Made by a program: the position numbers and the translations under genes
Assembly (NCBI RefSeq): GCF_001194135.2
Contig: NC_069000.1
Location: 7,207,559-7,271,558, forward strand
Origin: Octopus bimaculoides
Taxonomy: Eukaryota
Direction: 5' to 3'
Length of the DNA: 64,000 nt
Shown: positions 38,840 through 52,383 of the stretch, piece after piece
Position numbering within the stretch: position 1 is the first letter of the stretch
How the letters are laid out: every line of letters starts with the position of its first letter
The notes under the pieces: generated by a model
Told to the model about the DNA's origin: nothing
What the model saw: only the letters and a program-made list of their open reading frames with translations
Database searches by the model: none

Positions 38840-41595
38840 CATAAAAATATGTGCGTCTATATAGATATATGTGTGTGTATTTATGAACGTATGTATGTGA
38901 ATACACATATACATGAGTATATGTGCGTTTGAACGGCACGTAATATATACAAAGAAAACAGGTATATACACACACATATACACATATGCATATACGTGTA
39001 TATTAATGTGATACGTTTAAAATATGTGTGTACATGTGTATGTATCTGTGTGTAAGTTTGTGTCTGTGAATGTGTGTTTGAAGAGGATAAGGTCATAAAC
39101 CTATAAATCATACACACACACATGCAGACACATATAGACACATATACATACACACATACTGAACCACTCTTAACCAGCCCTTACATACCAGACACATAGC
39201 AACAGCCATACTTACAGATAAATGAACTACTCTTTGTACACGCACACATACGTATGTATACACATATACATGAGCATAAACTAGAACGGTACAATGTCAC
39301 GCACATTGAAATATATAGTTACACATACATGCCTGTATACACACACACGCGCATATATGTGTGTGTAGTGTGTGTGCTTGTTATATACACATATATATAN
39401 NNNNNNNNNNNNNNNNNNNNNNNNNNNNNNNNNNNNNNNNNNNNNNNNNNNNNNNNNNNNNNNNNNNNNNNNNNNNNNNNNNNNNNNNNNNNNNNNNNNN
39501 NNNNNNNNNNNNNNNNNNNNNNNNNNNNNNNNNNNNNNNNNNNNNNNNNNNNNNNNNNNNNNNNNNNNNNNNNNNNNNNNNNNNNNNNNNNNNNNNNNNN
39601 NNNNNNNNNNNNNNNNNNNNNNNNNNNNNNNNNNNNNNNNNNNNNNNNNNNNNNNNNNNNNNNNNNNNNNNNNNNNNNNNNNNNNNNNNNNNNNNNNNNN
39701 NNNNNNNNNNNNNNNNNNNNNNNNNNNNNNNNNNNNNNNNNNNNNNNNNNNNNNNNNNNNNNNNNNNNNNNNNNNNNNNNNNNNNNNNNNNNNNNNNNNN
39801 NNNNNNNNNNNNNNNNNNNNNNNNNNNNNNNNNNNNNNNNNNNNNNNNNNNNNNNNNNNNNNNNNNNNNNNNNNNNNNNNNNNNNNNNNNNNNNNNNNNN
39901 NNNNNNNNNNNNNNNNNNNNNNNNNNNNNNNNNNNNNNNNNNNNNNNNNNNNNNNNNNNNNNNNNNNNNNNNNNNNNNNNNNNNNNNNNNNNNNNNNNNN
40001 NNNNNNNNNNNNNNNNNNNNNNNNNNNNNNNNNNNNNNNNNNNNNNTATATATATATATATATATATATTCAATTGTCCAGATATTTAGTTTCTTGTATA
40101 TACATCTATATATATAAAGAGAGTGAGAATTTGAAAGAAATAATAAACAGAAAACAGTTGTCGTATTCAGTTATTTATAGGACATACACGCGTTTCCATA
40201 ACATGCCGGAATAATTACATAATGACCATAGGCACATTATGCAATCATGCACTGTACCTCTTCAGTGTTCTGCAATAAATATAATAACCGATGTGAAAGC
40301 TCCAAATACATGCATTCCTTCCCCCCACCCTACCCGTTATGCAAATAGTCAACAACCTTGCACGTCACATAAAATAGCAAGAGATACATAAAGCACCATT
40401 TCAAGGAAGTTCAAACAACGTCACGCCTTTCTCAGAACCAGATATGTGCGACCAGAGGAGTGAGGGATGAAGCAGGGAGAAAAAAGAGAAAGGGAGAGAG
40501 AGAAAAAGAGAGAAAGAGAAAACTTATAAAATCGGAGAAAATGGAAGGAAAGTGAAACGGGAAGACGAACACTGACCAAACTGATAGTGGAAGGTCAGCC
40601 CAGGCCATAAATCAGCTTAGGGCTATCTGAAAGATATAAATACACATCCAGTACAAAAGACATAAAACCACCTATATACAGAATCACACGCAGGCACGCA
40701 TTCACACACACGCGCACACACATGTGTGTGCGTGCGCGTGTGTATACGCCTATACACATAACTACGTATACGGATAAATCCATACACACATACATATTAT
40801 TTACACACGCCTACAACTATACACAGACACATATACGTACACACACACATACGCTCATAAATCCATCCACCATATACAAATACAGAACACATCATGCATA
40901 AACAAGCACAAACGTTCACATACCTGATTATTATAACACATACACAACACAACTTAACCAGTAATCTATCTGTTAATCGAAGCATTCAACTATCAACAAC
41001 AGCGTACAAATATACCTCTGTGTGTGTGTGTGTGTGTGTACACAATACGTATACACGCATATAAATTACAATATACATGCACACATATTTGAAGGTTGAT
41101 TATATAAATAAATAATAAATTATAAAGGAAAGCACACACACACACACACACACACGCACACACACNNNNNNNNNNNNNNNNNNNNNNNNNNNNNNNNNNN
41201 NNNNNNNNNNNNNNNNNNNNNNNNNNNNNNNNNNNNNNNNNNNNNNNNNNNNNNNNNNNNNNNNNNNNNNNNNNNNNNNNNNNNNNNNNNNNNNNNNNNN
41301 NNNNNNNNNNNNNNNNNNNNNNNNNNNNNNNNNNNNNNNNNNNNNNNNNNNNNNNNNNNNNNNNNNNNNNNNNNNNNNNNNNNNNNNNNNNNNNNNNNNN
41401 NNNNNNNNNNNNNNNNNNNNNNNNNNNNNNNNNNNNNNNNNNNNNNNNNNNNNNNNNNNNNNNNNNNNNNNNNNNNNNNNNNNNNNNNNNNNNNNNNNNN
41501 NNNNNNNNNNNNNNNNNNNNNNNNNNNNNNNNNNNNNNNNNNNNNNNNNNNNNNNNNNNNNNNNNNNNNNNNNNNNNNNNNNNNNNNNNNNNTAT

Positions 41596-41629
<34 letters not shown>

Positions 41630-41903
41630 ATACATGCATACACACATATATATATATATATATATATACATATACATACATAGATATGTATATGTATGTA
41701 TGTATGTATAAGATGTATAGTTGTATATAAACGTGTATATATACATACGCACGTTCGCTTACACACATACATACAGACAACAGACAGACAGACGGACAGA
41801 TAGATAAGGAATATAAGGGCAAGTTTCCTGCTTTGCACTTATCGGTTTGATAAGAGCAATGCAGGAAACTTTTTTGGCGTTTCAGTCATATATATAGAGA
41901 GAA

Positions 41904-41937
<34 letters not shown>

Positions 41938-42119
41938 GTCTTTATAAGCAATATCTTCATGGACAGGAAAACTTTCGGTTTTGTGTTCGGTTTCCATTAG
42001 CGACCGATTCTATTCTCTGTAACTGTCGTCAGAGACTCTACTTATAATTCTGTTATGACGAAGGACTTCAGTTAATTGGATTGACTGATTTGCATATACA
42101 ACGCATTCTTGGCAGTTTG

Positions 42120-42427
42120 TTGAGGTAATCAAATTTCTTGTTTCAACGATTTAGTCCCATCTGACTATCATCTGTTCCTCAACTGGAAAAAATCACTTGG
42201 CTGGGAAACAGTATCGCAGTGATGATGATGATGTTGCATCTGCTGTTAATGACATTTTTGACCAACAGGATAAAAGCTTCTTCACCAATGGGACCCAATC
42301 ATTGCAACATCGATGAAAGAAGAGTGTGGACCGCAAAGGAGACCACGTTAAAAATCTAAACCTCACTTGGTCACATTCCGTGAGAGTATCTTGGCCAGCC
42401 TATGAACTTTTCAGTCAACCTTCGTAC
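42120..42427 (+). mobile_element. mariner transposon 3' fragment
   Basis: Decayed DL.PSDYHLF..WKKSL.GK.Y.SDDDV..AV...F.QQD.SFF..G..SLQHR*KK.VD.KGD.V, ending in a TIR-like sequence followed by TA. Confidence 0.75.
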
Positions 42428-42915
42428 ATACGATGTTGGCTAAAAGTCTGTGGATATATATTCTTCAGTATAGAATAGAAATTACCAATCTTTTACAAAT
42501 CTCATATAAAACCCCTCAATGAAGTTCTGTCCTACATCTACGATGGAGCTACTTCTGCACATTTTGGAGTGTACCATAGGTTATCAATGACCTGAGGCAA
42601 GGCAAATATGGCGTGGGGAATGTGTTGGACAAAATGTAACAATTCTTCCTGCTCCTCATGATCTGAGTTCAGCGACTGTCACGTTCTAACTGAATCAGCC
42701 TTGTTATTTCCACTGTGGCTACCACAATGTTGACAGGCATGGACGGGACAGTGGAAAGAAGGTAACCCGTCACACTGCATCTCATACGGCATTTGAGACC
42801 ACGTAGAAGGTATGTCCTTACAGCATTTTAGTCCCCAGCGCAATATCAATACACTGGACCCTATGTTGACAGCAAATCACAGCACTCTTAAATCAGAACT
42901 GGGCCCCTGGACTCG

Positions 42916-43075
42916 TGAGACCCCTGAGCAAATCATTGCACCGAGTCCTGTAGTATTTATCTATTGACAGCAAGCTACAGTACACGTGGATCAGATGAGA
43001 CCCCTGAGCAAATCATTGCACCGAGTCCTGTAGTATTTATCTATTGACAGCAAGTTACAGTACACGTGGATCAGA
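42916..43075. repeat. 80-bp tandem duplication (2 copies, 1 mismatch)
   Basis: 42916-42995 and 42996-43075 differ only at GCTAC/GTTAC. Confidence 0.9.
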
Positions 43076-43721
43076 ATTAGGTCCCTTGAACCTTGAGGTC
43101 CCTCCCGGGCAATTGCTCAGTGTGCCCGTGCCTTAAGGGACACTGGTGTACGGTATCAACAAGTGGGTAGCAACATAGCTTTGTGAATTGCTGCAATATA
43201 GCCCATTGCTTGGCAGAGGTTTGGCTTAGCAGTAAAGATAGATCTGTGTTGAGCCTACCTACTTGCTCTAGAAATGCGGGACCAGATCTGTCACTGGGCT
43301 ACAGGACAACGACAATGACGACAACAACAACAACAATCAACAATTGCCAATGACAAAGCCTTTATGCGGTAATTCGAATTGCTAGAGATAGAAGCCAAAA
43401 TCTGAATCAAATCACTTTCTACAGTCTGTGAAGAATAGGTGAGAATACTTTCGATAATGAAGTTATAGGTAGACAATAGAAAGAAAAACGGGATGGTCAC
43501 AAATGGAATGTCTTTTGATCAGAGGTTTGATCAATATGAGTTGATATGAGGCTATAAAACAACAACTACAACATCAAAAACAATATAGGGGGGGGGGGAT
43601 ATGCCCAACCCTTCATCCATATATGCATACATGCATATGTATATACAGATATTTCTATATATATATTTCTAGAGATATATTTGTGTGTGTGTGTGTGTCT
43701 ATATATATATATATACAGTAA

Positions 43722-43773
<52 letters not shown>

Positions 43774-43909
43774 AGTACATATATATATATATATATAATN
43801 NNNNNNNNNNNNNNNNNNNNNNNNNNNNNNNNNNNNNNNNNNNNNNNNNNNNNNNNNNNNNNNNNNNNNNNNNNNNNNNNNNNNNNNNNNNNNNNNNNNN
43901 NNNNNNNNN

Positions 43910-43941
<32 letters not shown>

Positions 43942-44016
43942 ATATGTATATATATATGTATGTATGTATGTATGATGTAATGTAATTAATAATTAGTAAA
44001 TGAGGATGCCGATATA

Positions 44017-44460
44017 GTGATGACAGTGGTGATAACGACTGAATGTGATGATGATGACGATGACGACGACGGCGACGACGATGACGGTAACGATGATTAT
44101 GATGATGATGACGACGATGATGATGATGATGTTGACTGGGTTCAAGGTCTCCGATTTATATGGGAGCGATGCACGATAACGATTATAAAGATAACTACAA
44201 TGGTGATGATGATGATGATGGGGTAGGAGTGCGAGATGATGGTGTGATAATGATGATGATGATGATGGTGATGCTGATTGCTCGTACTACCACATTTACT
44301 ACTACTACTACTACTACTACTACTACCACAACAATTAGTGCTGTTACTACTACTACTACTACTAATAATAATAATAATGATAATAATAATAATAATAATA
44401 ATAGTGATAATAATGATAATAATGATAATAATGATAATAATAATAATGATAATAATAATG

Positions 44461-44497
<37 letters not shown>

Positions 44498-44630
44498 TAA
44501 TAATAATAATGATGATGATGATGATAATAATAATAATAATGATAATGATAATAATGATAATAATAATAATAATAATGATAATACACTACTACTACCGCAA
44601 GTACTGTTGCTACAACGGCTGCTTCTGCTG

Positions 44631-44665
<35 letters not shown>

Positions 44666-44700
44666 GCTACCACTTTTAACACTACTACTACTACTACATA
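44017..44700. repeat. Compound trinucleotide microsatellite (GAT)n-(ACT)n-(AAT/GAT)n-(ACT)n
   Basis: Directly visible. Confidence 0.95.
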
Positions 44701-44820
44701 TAATTGTTGTTGTTGCTTCCAAAAAAGAAAACATCCTCTTTCTTGTAAACATCTCAAGCTTTGTAAACAAATATACAAACTTGTATAGATGCATAGGTGT
44801 ATATATATATATATATATAA

Positions 44821-44896
<76 letters not shown>

Positions 44897-45790
44897 TTAT
44901 ACGTGTGTATGTATGTATGTATATATGTATGTATGGATGGATTATTGTATATATATATATATATGTATGTATTTATGTATGTATGAGTTTATGTATGTAT
45001 TTATGTATGTATATATGTATGTATTTGTATGTATATATGTATGTATTTGTATGTAATGTATGTGTGTGAATATAAATGAGAGTGTATATATGTATCTACG
45101 TTTCTGTATACATGTGTGTGCGTGTGTATTTGTGTGTGTATACGTAAAACATTTTATTTTTGCTAAAGGAGTGACTCAAAGATTTACAGTGTCGTCTCCA
45201 GGCACCTGTCAAGCAAGTGTGTGTATGTGTGTGGGCTGCTTGTATGTGTGTGTGTGCTGTATGTGTACGTGTGTTCTTTGTGTGTATGTGTGTTGTGTGC
45301 GTATGTGTATTATGCGTGTGTGGGTGTTGTGTCTGTGTGTTTTTCTGTGTATGTGTGTGTGTGTTGTGTGTCTATACATGTGTGTGCTGTATCCGTATAT
45401 GTGTGTTGTATATGTGTGTTGTATATGTGTGTGTTGTTTGTGTATGTGTGTGGGTGCGTGTATATGTGTGTGTTTGTGTGTCTGCGGTAGTGTGCATGGC
45501 ATCATATACATTCAATGCAAACACACACACACACTTAATGGGTGTATATCATACTCACATACATGTTTGTTTCTAAGTTACCTTTCTAATGAAGTATATG
45601 GTAAAAAAAAAAAGAAAAGTAAAAACAAGTCTTCGACAGGCATATTTATGTCTTTGTGTATATATGGGTGCTTGCATATACATGTGCGTGCGTGTGAGCG
45701 TGTGTGAGTGTGTCTGTGTCTATGCGTATGAGTGTATGTATGTGTGTATGAGTGTATATATGTATGTATGAGTGTATGTGTGTGTGATTG

Positions 45791-45826
<36 letters not shown>

Positions 45827-45941
45827 AGTGTATATATGTATGTATGAGTGTATGTGTGTGTGTGTATGAGTGTATATATGTGTGTATGAGTGTGTGAGAG
45901 TATATATGTATGAGTGTATGTGTGTGAGTGTATGTGTGTGT

Positions 45942-46021
<80 letters not shown>

Positions 46022-46094
46022 TAATGCTATCGTCTCTTGTCATACAGCGATGATTATAGACAAAGTCATATCAATACATTTGTTTGTGTACAAT

Positions 46095-46420
46095 AGCGAT
46101 TAGAGTGGCGGCGGCCGCGGTTGTGGAGGTCGCTGCGTTGGTGGTGGTGGTGGCGGCGGCGGTGAGAGCGGCATCTATGCTCATGACGACGGTGAAGTGA
46201 TGGCTTAGGCGGTGGTAGAAGTGATGGTGGCATGGCTTTCCTAGCGGTGGTGGTGGTCGTCGTCACAGCTACGACGACAGCGGTGGTAACTTTGACGAAG
46301 GCAGTGGAGGTAGTGATGGCTAAGGTGGTGGTGGTTTGGTTGTGGTGTTCGTCGTGGTGGCGATGGCTTTGGTGGTGGTGGTGGTGGTGGTGATGATGGT
46401 GGAGGAGGTGGCGGTGGTGA
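46095..46420. repeat. GC-rich (GGT/GGC)n low-complexity tract
   Basis: Degenerate trinucleotide repeat with retained CpGs; no credible protein. Confidence 0.8.
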
Positions 46421-47159
46421 CTACTGTAGTTGAACACTGTATTGACAACACCCAACAGAATTGTTTAAAACAGTAACACGGCTAGTGTCGTAGTCAGTTT
46501 GTTGTAGGTTAGCCCCATTTCAGCCCCGGCGAACCAGGTCTATAATCAAAAATGAACTCCATCCGTACCACCCCGTCGTCATTTTCCTCCCTGCACAGAG
46601 TTAAAGCAGAACCGAAGGTGGGAATACGTGATTTTTAGCAAGATTTGACTGCTATTTCTAGTACATTGAGTGCCTCTCCACATACAGGCTTGGTGGTTGT
46701 TGGTTTATCTCGGTCATGTGTGGAGAGTAAGTACAAGAGGAGATCGGATAGAAGGGTTCTAGGTTGGGCTTTTACGCTCGGATTAACTTAAAACAGAGAA
46801 CTACATACCAAGATAGCATATGCAAAAGTACATACACGCGCGCGCATGCACACACACGTGTGCATATATGTATGCGCATATGTGTGTCTGTATGAGTGTA
46901 TGTGTTCATAGATGTATGTTTGTGTATATATATGAGCCAACAACTATTGAAGAGGTTGCAAGGCAACGAAAAGTTTAGAAAAGAAAAAGATAAATAAGTA
47001 AATGAGTGGAAATTGAACCGGTGAGTGTGTTAATTAAAAAGACATTAAAACAGAATGACTCTCCCCAGGCACAATACACACGCACACTTTTTCACAGCAA
47101 CTGTTGACCGGTTGTGCTAATTCACCTCCGACAATAGAGAGCCGTCGCCACGTTCCCTT

Positions 47160-47300
47160 CCCGATCAACTAACTCTGATGAGTGTAAAGTTATATAATCA
47201 GTTTGTTACCTAACACTCCATTGTATTCTTTACGCGAAATCGATTGGTAAGACCAGCCGTGATGGATATTTAATACTATACATTTCGAATGATATACCCA
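47160..47300 (+). ncRNA. Hammerhead-ribozyme-like repeat, copy 4
   Basis: CTGATGA 47175-47181, stem II GTGTAAAG/CTTTACGC (8 bp, one G-U), GAAA 47236-47239, TC-GATT-GG mini stem III, GUA ending at 47249. Confidence 0.6.
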
Positions 47301-48652
47301 CTCTACGAAGTTATAGAGCAGTATATCATATAAAAGTTAGAATAGGCCGATTTATGGGATTACCTTCTGAGATCTGATGATGCACCGTAAAGCTAAGCGC
47401 TTTAAGGACGTGAAACCAAAGGTTATCCCATAAACTAAGGCTTCTCAAACTATCTGATGTGGCGTACCGGCAGTTTCTTTTTCCAATGCGCCAGGGAGCG
47501 GTAATATTTCTTAGTAATATTAATTTATACCAGAAACTTAGTGCACATGCACAGCAGAGGTTAAGTGAAGCTCTTCTAGAGATTCTTAAGGAGCAAAATG
47601 ACGCCGGAAAGACCGAATAATTTTATCGCCCTTGGTGTTGAACAAGAATTCGTGAGTGGACAATTGATGCCAGGGCAAAAAAAAAATGAAGTAAAAACTT
47701 AAATATACGCTTTAGTTTTGGCGATTTTCAATTCTGCATTAATGTACTCAGGGACGAATTAAGACCCATAGAGATCCTAAGCACTTGAAAAATTTTGATA
47801 AAATGAATTTTTAATTTCTAAAATTAAATAAAAGTAACAGTAAGATAGAAAATAATGTTTATTTTTGTATAGTTCCACTTTATTCAGATTTGAAAGAATT
47901 TTCTCTTGTTTTTTTTAATTGCGAACTCCTCGCTGTGATACCATGAACACTTTGAAATTATATTTCCGATCATATAAAATACTTCGAATATCCTTTTAGC
48001 AAGTTTAAAGTGATTTCTTTTGTACCGTAGACCATTCACCATTTCTGTTGTATCCCCACCACCACCACCACTACCACCTTTCCTTGATGACCTAAGCACG
48101 TGCTTATTTTATTGAATGGTTAATCCAGCACTAATTGTTCTCTTCAAATTCTTGACAATATATTTTAATTGTCAATAAATCAGTCAATGAATTCGTCAGT
48201 CTTCGTGTTCTGAGTTTAAGTTCCGCCGGGGTCGACTTTGCCTTTCATCCTTTCAGGGCCGATAAAATAAGTACCAGTTGAGCACTGCAGTCGATGTGAT
48301 CGACTTCTTTCCTCCCCTGAAGCTGCTGGCCTTGTGTTAAAATTCAAAATCAATATATTAGTCAATGACTCCAACAGATAATTCCATTTTTCTTTTTGCT
48401 TATTTCGTTTCTATCGATTGCCGAAGTCCTTTACGAATGGAAAATTTCACCAAAACGTCTATTGAATCCCTGCTAAAAGTCCAGGGATTGAAGGTTAGAT
48501 TTGGTCCCTTGGGGACCTTGCTCTTCAATTCATCCCTGGGGCCTACTGCCACTCTTGGCAGCTCTGTGAATATGTATGATTGTGTGTATGTATGAATGCA
48601 TATATATATATATATATATATATAAAGATTAAAATTCAAAAGTCTGCAGATA

Positions 48653-48684
<32 letters not shown>

Positions 48685-48901
48685 NNNNNNNNNNNNNNNN
48701 NNNNNNNNNNNNNNNNNNNNNNNNNNNNNNNNNNNNNNNNNNNNNNNNNNNNNNNNNNNNNNNNNNNNNNNNNNNNNNNNNNNNNNNNNNNNNNNNNNNN
48801 NNNNNNNNNNNNNNNNNNNNNNNNNNNNNNNNNNNNNNNNNNNNNNNNNNNNNNNNNNNNNNNNNNNNNNNNNNNNNNNNNNNNNNNNNNNNNNNNNNNN
48901 N

Positions 48902-48944
<43 letters not shown>

Positions 48945-49118
48945 CACACGCATACATTCATACATACATACATTATATATATATTTATGTGTATGTATAT
49001 ATGTGTGTGCAGACATGTATACAAGCATGCATGTATGCACTTATGTGCACATACATGCATACATATATACACCTACATACACTTATACATGCACACGAAG
49101 ATACATATGTACATGTCT

Positions 49119-49152
<34 letters not shown>

Positions 49153-50109
49153 GAAGCCGTACAGCTACGCATATTCGCGAAAATGTTTCACCAGTCACCC
49201 TTAGAAATATGGACAAACATCACGACGCAATGAATTCTTAACAACAACAACGTTTTTAACAGCATTTATTGATTCTCATCAAAAGCGACGTAATTTAAAC
49301 TAATTTTCCTGGGTGAAATCTATTTCTGTATTCCAAATTATAATTAACAACCAAACAGTTCCTGTAAATACCCCACCACCACTACGCACACACACACACA
49401 CACAAACACAAGCATACACATACAGACACACACACACACACACACAAACAGACAGACACACACACACACACATCTGGAGACAGACAGACAGACAAGCAGG
49501 CAGACAATCACAAACACTAGCACATATATACACAGATGCTGAGACAGGTAAATATTCACATGTACAGATGCACACACATATATACATACATGCATGCACG
49601 CATGCATACATACATTCGTGCATACGTACATACATATATACACTCACACACGCATACACATACATCTCTCTCTTTCTCTCTCCTTCTCTCTCTCTCTCTC
49701 TCTCTCTGAAACAGATGGACGGACAATACCAGACACAAACACATACACACTATCAAATTTACACACGTATATATACACACACATATATATGCATATGCAT
49801 ATCTGCGACAGAGAGAGAGAGAGAGAAGGAGAGAGAAGAGAGAATGTGTGTGTGGCGGGGTGGAGGTATCCAGACGCATTGAAAAAAAAAACCAGTGAGA
49901 TCTGCCTGGCATGGTGTAATAACGGCTATTGGTATATTCAAGTAAATCATTGATCTACAAACATTTGCTGACATGTCCAAAGATTTCTGCCGTGTTCTTC
50001 CAGAGTTCTCCTCTTCACATCCAGACCCAGACCAGTTAGATTAACAGTTGGATTAACCTTCTCGTGTTCTGCCGAGGCATTCGCATTCTTATTAATCTCT
50101 GGCGAGAAA

Positions 50110-51230
50110 ATCGAATTGCTCATCAAACTGGTCCTGGATTACCCACCCGATATATGCCCGAAGCTATGGCTTCATTGCAGCTTCCTTGAATCATGACACA
50201 GCACGACACCAGAGCTTTTGCTTACGCAATGATGGACATATATGGAAATTTGTCAAGTCTGGTGACACATGGGAAAGGGATGCAAACTGGTCTGAGAATA
50301 TCGAACCAACAATGGACACAGCAATGAAAAATCCCAAAGAAACTAAACAAAAACAATACGCCATCCCTTATGAATCATGATAGACTTAAATTAAGATAGA
50401 AATTACATACAAATTATTGTTTTAAAATTCCAAAGTTTATGCAACATGATATCCTAAGGTGTTCATCTGACAAAGTCGCTACAGCGTCGGAAAAAATGCT
50501 TGGCGGTATTTCTTCCGACTCAGTACATTCTAAGGTCAATTCACTGGAGTCCCACAGCAAGCGGATTTTTTGGTTCCCCGTTATTTGGTGCATACATTAA
50601 TGAATTAGATGCCAAGCATGTTACCGTGTTAAAACTGCTCAGACGACAATAAGCTGTACTTTGAGGTTAAAAGAACGAATACCAAATCTTCTTTTTTTTG
50701 TAATCTGACCAGCAATGGATTGCTGATTGGCCACTGAAGCTAGCAGTAGACAAGTGCACCATCAAACATTTTAGGAGGAAACTCCCAGAATTTGCCGACT
50801 CCCTCCGTTACACCAACCTTAGAAAGTCAGCTGGTGAGTGTAACCAAGGCATTATTGCTTATAATGTCCTGTGTTGGATGAACAACATTTCTAAAATCGT
50901 CAAAAAAGCTGAAGGTGCCTTAACATTACTCAGTAAGACTTTTGTCTGCTGCTTACCAGCTATTTATTCAAAGGTTATATGTGACTGAGGTACGTCCACG
51001 CATAGTTTGTATTTTCAGTCCGGAATCCCCAATCTACTGGAAGCTCTCCAAAAATGTGTAACCAATTGGATATCCTCCTTCGGTCATTCAATATATCTTG
51101 AACGTCTGCCCGCAAAATTATCCGCCATCTTTGCAACAACTTAGACCACCTTTTCAATTCAATGCCTTTACCAATCGTGGATAAGCTTATGAATTTTTTA
51201 AAGATTCTTTTTTTAAAAAAACCAGCGCGG
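50110..51230 (+). mobile_element. Highly degenerate CR1/L2-type LINE RT fragment
   Basis: Remnants in order: TGPD, K.GD..NYRPI-like, TGVPQ...YINEL, SDDNKLY, DWPLKLAVDKC, IVKKA, LY...VRP, LE..QK; many frameshifts. Confidence 0.55.
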
Positions 51231-51498
51231 CACAAATTAATTTTGGAAGCAGTGTCTCATACTCAGAATTTTCAAAGTATGGAATAAACTACTTGCATCA
51301 GTTGTTAGTTGTGAAGACACTGTATACTAAAAAACGGCATACCTACACATGTGTCCCACCGACTTTGTTGCGTCATAACTTCCAGAAAATGGATATTTCT
51401 TAATGAAATGTTCTACAAATACGCTTCAGAGTGTGTAGAGTGTGACTGTATCGGAATTTGTTGTAAAAAATAAAAAAATTAGCGGACTTATGCGCATA

Positions 51499-52140
51499 CA
51501 GGGTGATCCAAAAATCACTGATGCGTTTCAATTTTTAATAACTTCCTTGACTTTACAAATAAATGCATGAAATTTTGATACAATATAAAGGACATAATGG
51601 AAATTAATATGCACGAGTCAAATTTTGCAACACCACTACATCACATATGAAAAGTGACATCACTTAAATGGCAGCCATTCTCGGCTCCGCACGCCCGTGC
51701 TCTTTCCAAAACTTGCCCCATAACACCCTCAAGAGTTTCAGACCCCACTTCACTGATTTCTCTATTGATGTTCTCCTTCAGTTGCACCAGGGTCTCTGGT
51801 CTGTGGAGGTATCTGAAAGAGAGGTCTAACGTCAACAAACTAGAGGCCCTGGTGCAACTGAAGGACTACATCAATAGAGAAATCAGTGAAGTGGGGTCTG
51901 AAACTCTTGAGGGTGTTATGGTGCAGCTTTTGGAAAGAACACGGGCGTGCAAAGCCGAGAAAGGCTACCATTTAAGTGATGTCATTTTTCATATGTGATG
52001 TGGTGGTGTTGCAAAATTTGACGTGTGCATATTAATTTCCATTATGTCCTTTATATTGGATCAACATTTTATGCATTTATTTGTAAAGTTAAGGAAGTTA
52101 TTAAAAATTGAAATTAATCAGTGACTTTTTGGACAACCCG
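51499..52140. mobile_element. Fold-back Tc1/mariner derivative: two inverted copies of a transposon 3' end
   Basis: TA-flanked TIRs CAGGGTGATCCAAAAATCACTGA. Both arms encode a transposase C-terminus (LVQLK.NINREISEVGSETLEGVM..LLER.RAC.AE.G.HLSDVIFH), and the ~36-nt centre reads LWRYLKERSNVNK. Confidence 0.85.
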
Positions 52141-52145
52141 TACCT

Positions 52146-52383
52146 ATTGACACACGTCACATATATCTCCAAAATGGAACTTGAAATTTCGAAAAAAAAA
52201 AAAAAAAAAAAAAATTGCGATGAGTGTCAATATGTATGTGTGCGTGCTCACATACATACTGACAAACATTTCAATGATGTGAAAAGAAAAATAGTGAGCA
52301 TGCACACATATATACTGACACATCAAATTTTTTTTTCGAAATTTCAAGTTTTATTTTGTAGGTACATGTGACATGTGTCAGTA
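52146..52383. mobile_element. Palindromic MITE (~95-bp arms)
   Basis: TATTGACACACGTCAC...TTCGAAAAAA and TTTTTTCGAA...GTGACATGTGTCAGTA are inverted; the inner GTGTCAATATG..GTGCTCAC and GTGAGCATG..ATACTGACAC are also inverted. Confidence 0.75.

Noticed and set aside
39254-41838. 200-290-aa ORFs spanning N gaps
   Set aside because: They are artefacts of untranslatable Ns. The 34031-34939 ORF is meaningful only for its RTE part.
42916-43075. CRISPR-like or functional array
   Set aside because: Only two contiguous 80-bp copies without spacers, in eukaryotic DNA; a simple tandem duplication, possibly an assembly overlap.
44160-45056. 298-aa ORF and other long ORFs in microsatellites
   Set aside because: They are translations of (AAT)/(GAT)/(ACT)/(TA) repeats and carry no protein signal.
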